From Alphaproteobacteria bacterium (lineage in GTDB: Bacteria; Pseudomonadota; Alphaproteobacteria; UBA6615), in assembly GCA_009694135.1 (NCBI GenBank), contig SHVS01000006.1:14036-78035 (forward strand): a DNA stretch of 64,000 bases, in the 5' to 3' direction. Positions 62,326 through 64,000 of the stretch are shown one piece after another. The position numbers and the translations under genes were made by a program. The notes under the pieces are model-generated. The model ran no database searches and had not been told where the DNA came from. It worked only from the letters and a program-made list of their open reading frames with translations. Within the stretch, counting starts at the first letter, position 1. Every line of letters starts with the position of its first letter.

Positions 62326-64000
62326 ATGGCGACCAGCGATCAAGACGAGGCCGCGGCAGCGGGAAAACCCGCGGCCGACCGGCCGGCGACCGTCACCATC
62401 GACGGCCGCTTCGAGGTCCAGTTGGGCGCCCGCCTGCCCGAGATGTGCGGCCCGACGGCGGAAGCATTCATCGCCAGCGACAGCAAGACGGCGTCGAGCA
62501 CGCTGGTCGCGTTGGTGATCGATCCGCGCCTGCCGGCGCGCCAGGCCATCGCGAGCCAGATCGAGCGTCGCGCTCCCGAGGGAATTCTTCGTCCGGTCTT
62601 TCGCGGCGTGGCGGCCTGGCCGGGCGGCGACCGCTTCGTAATCATCGTCGAGCACCCACCCGGCGTGCGCTTGGCGCCGCCGCTGGGCGAGGCATTCACG
62701 CCATTCACCATCGAGCGGCTGTTGGCGGAAGTGGCGTTTCCGATTCGTCGCATCCTGGAGAAACTTGCCGAACTTCGCATCGCGCACCGCGCCATCCGCG
62801 CCGACAATTTATTCTACGGCCCGGGCGGACTCGGAACGCTCGTCATGGGGGAGTGTTACTCCGCGCCGCCCGGCTATACGCAGCCGTCGATTTATGAGCC
62901 GGTATCGCGCGCTTTGGCGATGCCGTCCGGGCGGGGGCAGGGGGGAGCACCGACGATCTGTTCGCCCTCGGCGTGACGCTGGCCGTTCTGCTGCGGGGCG
63001 GCGATCCGCGCCGTGGAGTGAGCGACGACGCATTTCTCGACAAACGCATCGCCGATGGAAGTTACGAGGCGCTGCTCCACGGCCTCAATCTCCATGTGCG
63101 GCTCGTGCCGATGCTGCGCGGGTTGCTCGAAGACAATGCGCTGACGCGCTGGACGGTCAACGACCTTGGGCGTTTCCTCGATGTCGGCACGGTCACGTCA
63201 CCGCAGCATCCCAAGCTACGCCGCGCGACGCTGCCCTATTCCTTTAATGGAAAAACTCATTTCACGCCGGTGCCGCTGGCGCGCGCGCTGGCGCAAAATT
63301 GGGCGGCCGGCCTGGAAGCGGTGCAGAGCGATGACCTGTACGACTGGATGGCGCGCGGGCTGGTCGAGTCCAAACGCATGGAGGTCGTTAAGCGTCAGGA
63401 TAAGTATGGCAGCGCTGCGCGTCATGGCCGTGCCGGTTCGGCCGATGTGGATCTGGCGCGGGCCATCATGCTGCTCGACCCGGACGGGCCAATCCGGCTG
63501 CGGGAGTTTTCCGCCCATCCCGACGGGTTGGCGTGCGCGCTCGCCGATAGCATGACGAAGCAGACGCAGGCTCGCGACGGCGCGCTCATTCTTCAAGCGC
63601 AGTTGGTCGAGTTCTGGGCCAAACAGCAAAAGCAAGCGCTCGGCAGCAACGTTTTGGAGCTGCTCGTGAACCAGCCGCGGCTGGCGTCTTATGCGCAACG
63701 CCCGGGGATCGGTTTCGGGCCCGATCGCTGCGCCTACGATCTCAATGCCGATCTTGCCTGCCAGAGCCCCCTGCTTGGTTCGGGCGCGGTGTTCGATGGG
63801 CCCGGCCTGCTGCAATCTCTCAACGCCCGCGCCAGCGCCGACGGCGAGATATTCGATCACCATATCGCGGCTTTCTTGGGCGCGCGCATCGGCAACCAGG
63901 CCGATCGCTTGTTGACCGATCTCGCCGCCGCCAGTGGCGACCGGGCGGCATTGATGCTGGCGCGGCTGCGCCTGTTCGCCGCTGCGAATACGAGCGCGGG
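62326..64000 (+). CDS. Ser/Thr protein-kinase-fold protein (probable pseudokinase); frameshift at G run 62940-62945; runs off the window
   Basis: HRAIRADNL catalytic-loop analog, GEC at the DFG position; after the shift DDLFALGVTL...GLLED...RW. Confidence 0.72.

Overview
High-GC alphaproteobacterial chromosome segment; gene order and content look Rhodospirillales-like (inference). About 50 genes. The housekeeping backbone is intact: rsmE, gshA, yejABEF, hisN, kdsB, pheA, ffs-dnaX-ybaB-recR, def-fmt-truA, dapD-dapE, rpmH-rnpA-yidD-yidC-engB-argB, rpsU, pyrE, apt, corA. The accessory genes between them are often broken by frameshifts, stops or deletions: a NYN protein, a PAS-GGDEF cyclase, DUF2336, an Fnr regulator, a 2-aminoethylphosphonate biosynthesis cluster, a DUF5602-like protein, an MFS transporter and a pseudokinase. 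I saw no CRISPR array, tRNA, rRNA or transposase. Best leads: (1) an intact protamine/histone-H1-like gene (60 K+R and 1 acidic residue in 156 aa) with a CtrA-like box upstream and a duplicated terminator downstream, near a ribosome-hibernation gene with an FNR-type box; (2) four CtrA-like TTAA-N7-TTAA boxes in front of accessory genes; (3) an M20 pseudo-peptidase lacking most metal ligands and its dimerisation domain, translationally coupled to Fnr; (4) a phosphonate operon collapsed by apparent microhomology deletions; (5) rpsU with no canonical start codon at the expected position. All family calls come from motif recognition by eye, not database searches.
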